DNA of 64,000 nt from Desulfobacterales bacterium (GTDB lineage Bacteria; Desulfobacterota; Desulfobacteria; Desulfobacterales; JAFDDL01): assembly GCA_034003325.1 (NCBI GenBank), contig JAVEYW010000006.1, forward strand, positions 4,362-68,361, given 5' to 3'. The notes below the pieces were generated by a model. The model was not told where the DNA came from. It saw only the letters and a program-made list of their open reading frames with translations, and did not search any database. A program made the position numbers and the translations under genes. Position 1 is the first letter of the stretch. Every line of letters starts with the position of its first letter. This document shows positions 63,157-64,000 of this stretch, piece by piece.

Positions 63157-63258
63157 GCCCTTTATCAGAAACATGTACGAAAAAGCGTGTATTCTTGGAG
63201 AAGGTTGTTATCTGCCAAGCATCCCAGCCGCCCAGCTTCCGGCTTTGCCGGTTTAGGG
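63153..63258 (+). repeat. Intergenic repeat, subtype B, filling a convergent intergenic gap
   Basis: TTAGGCCCTTTATCAGAAACATGTACGAAAAAGCGTGTATTCTTGGAGAAGGTTGTTATCTGCCAAGCATCCCAGCCGCCCAGCTTCCGGCTTTGCCGGTTTAGGG. Confidence 0.9.
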
Positions 63259-64000
63259 TTACACGACACGACGCAATCGCCAAAACGCCCCCCCGGATAT
63301 CAATAGAACCGGAATCATTGCCGTAAAAAATGGGTTCAAATTGAACAGTAAGCCCAGGTTCATTATCAAGTGATCCGCAAAATACAACAGCACACCGACA
63401 AGCGTGCCTATTGTCATACGACGGCCGGCACTGATATTTCGGGTTGACCCGAATATGAAACTAAGGGACAGCATCGCCATCGCCCCCGTGGTCAAGGGAA
63501 TGCTGATTTTTCGCCATAGGGCCAACGCATATTGATCCGAATTTTGCCCGAGTTCCCGCAGCGCCTTGATATAGAGAATCAAATCAGGCGTTGACAAGCT
63601 GTAGGGGGGCATTATCAGCAAATTGACCTGGTCGGCCTTTAAAAATGAATCCAAGGTTAAGAAGGCCGGATGCCGAATGTTAATTCCGGTTTTCGTGATG
63701 ATTTTTTGAGTGATTCCTTGCAAAATCCACTGGTGGTTATCCTGTATGGCGGCGCTTTGAGCCGTCGTGAACATTTGTAACCGTCCCGCTGCATCAAATT
63801 GAAAAATCTCCAGATCGGCGGCAATTTTTTCCGACAGCATTTTATCGACATGAATATAGGACTTATTCCAGCGCGCCCAAAAGCCGTTTCCGCTCAGGGT
63901 AACCCCGGTACCGAAGAGCGCTCGTGACCGGGAGTTGTGGGCGCGTTGTTCCATCTCCGGCACAACCATTTCAGTGGTCAGACCGGATGCTAACACCAAT
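63259..64000 (-). CDS. LptF/LptG-family (YjgP/YjgQ) LPS export permease, partial (5' end beyond window)
   Basis: Open to the window edge. A periplasmic beta-jellyroll-like middle region is followed by C-terminal TM helices (..ISIPLTTGAMAMLSLSFIFG.., ..LLYFADHLIMNLGLL.., ..MIPVLLISGGAFW..). Confidence 0.75.
   Translation of the reverse strand, partial: LVLASGLTTEMVVPEMEQRAHNSRSRALFGTGVTLSGNGFWARWNKSYIHVDKMLSEKIAADLEIFQFDAAGRLQMFTTAQSAAIQDNHQWILQGITQKIITKTGINIRHPAFLTLDSFLKADQVNLLIMPPYSLSTPDLILYIKALRELGQNSDQYALALWRKISIPLTTGAMAMLSLSFIFGSTRNISAGRRMTIGTLVGVLLYFADHLIMNLGLLFNLNPFFTAMIPVLLISGGAFWRLRRVV

Noticed and set aside
1-64000. Search for tRNA, rRNA, transposase, integrase, phage, CRISPR-Cas or known defence-system genes
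   Set aside because: None recognised by eye: no T-loop GGTTCGAATCC-type motifs in intergenic DNA and no DDE, tyrosine-recombinase or Cas motifs in any frame. A proper tRNAscan, Infernal or DefenseFinder run would be needed to be certain.

Overview
This looks like a chromosomal window from an anaerobic, probably marine sulfate-reducing deltaproteobacterium (Desulfobacterales-like). That assignment is inferred from gene content only: IorAB, MetF/MetV, a small siroheme sulfite reductase, a DsrE-like protein and multi-PAS kinases. I call about 52 protein-coding genes. I recognised no rRNA, tRNA, CRISPR array, transposase or phage genes. Blocks from left to right: (1) a long reverse ORF that runs off the left edge and is missing from the ORF track, then larE, yyaL, plsC and a small sulfite reductase. 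(2) An oxidative-stress island: perR-like, katA, DsrE-like, half-ferritin. (3) An extended SDR, yeiP/efpL, mltB-like, an N-terminally short rho, a nitroreductase, HU and an FAD oxidoreductase. (4) A tightly coupled operon of kamA, two Ddl-like ATP-grasp ligases and a GNAT-HDAC-GNAT fusion; I cannot name a pathway for it. (5) DUF2284 and Usp. (6) An aromatic 2-oxoacid module (iorAB plus a CoA-transferase/GNAT fusion) lying divergent to a liv-type ABC transporter whose LivF ATPase is fused in frame to a PaaK-type aryl-acetate-CoA ligase. (7) yciH, ywbE and a spermidine-synthase-like methyltransferase. (8) A 1.3-kb zeta-like ATPase island flanked by about 118-bp diverged direct repeats. (9) A PAS histidine kinase and an HTH-receiver regulator. 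(10) A redox cluster: MetF-like, an FdhA/SfrA-like protein without the Sec/Cys-His active site, NuoE-like, a NuoF-GltD fusion, MetV and MetF. (11) hsp20. (12) A sucrose cluster: fruK, sps/spp and sucrose phosphorylase. (13) A lipid head-group cluster (CDP-alcohol phosphatidyltransferase, DAG-kinase-like, Tam41-like) with a divergent metallophosphoesterase. (14) A partial lptF/G. The most striking non-genic signal is a modular intergenic repeat of about 105-125 bp. It has 8 copies plus 1 relic, falls into two subtypes with shared ends, and abuts start or stop codons. All products are assigned from motifs I could read in the translations; no database search was run.
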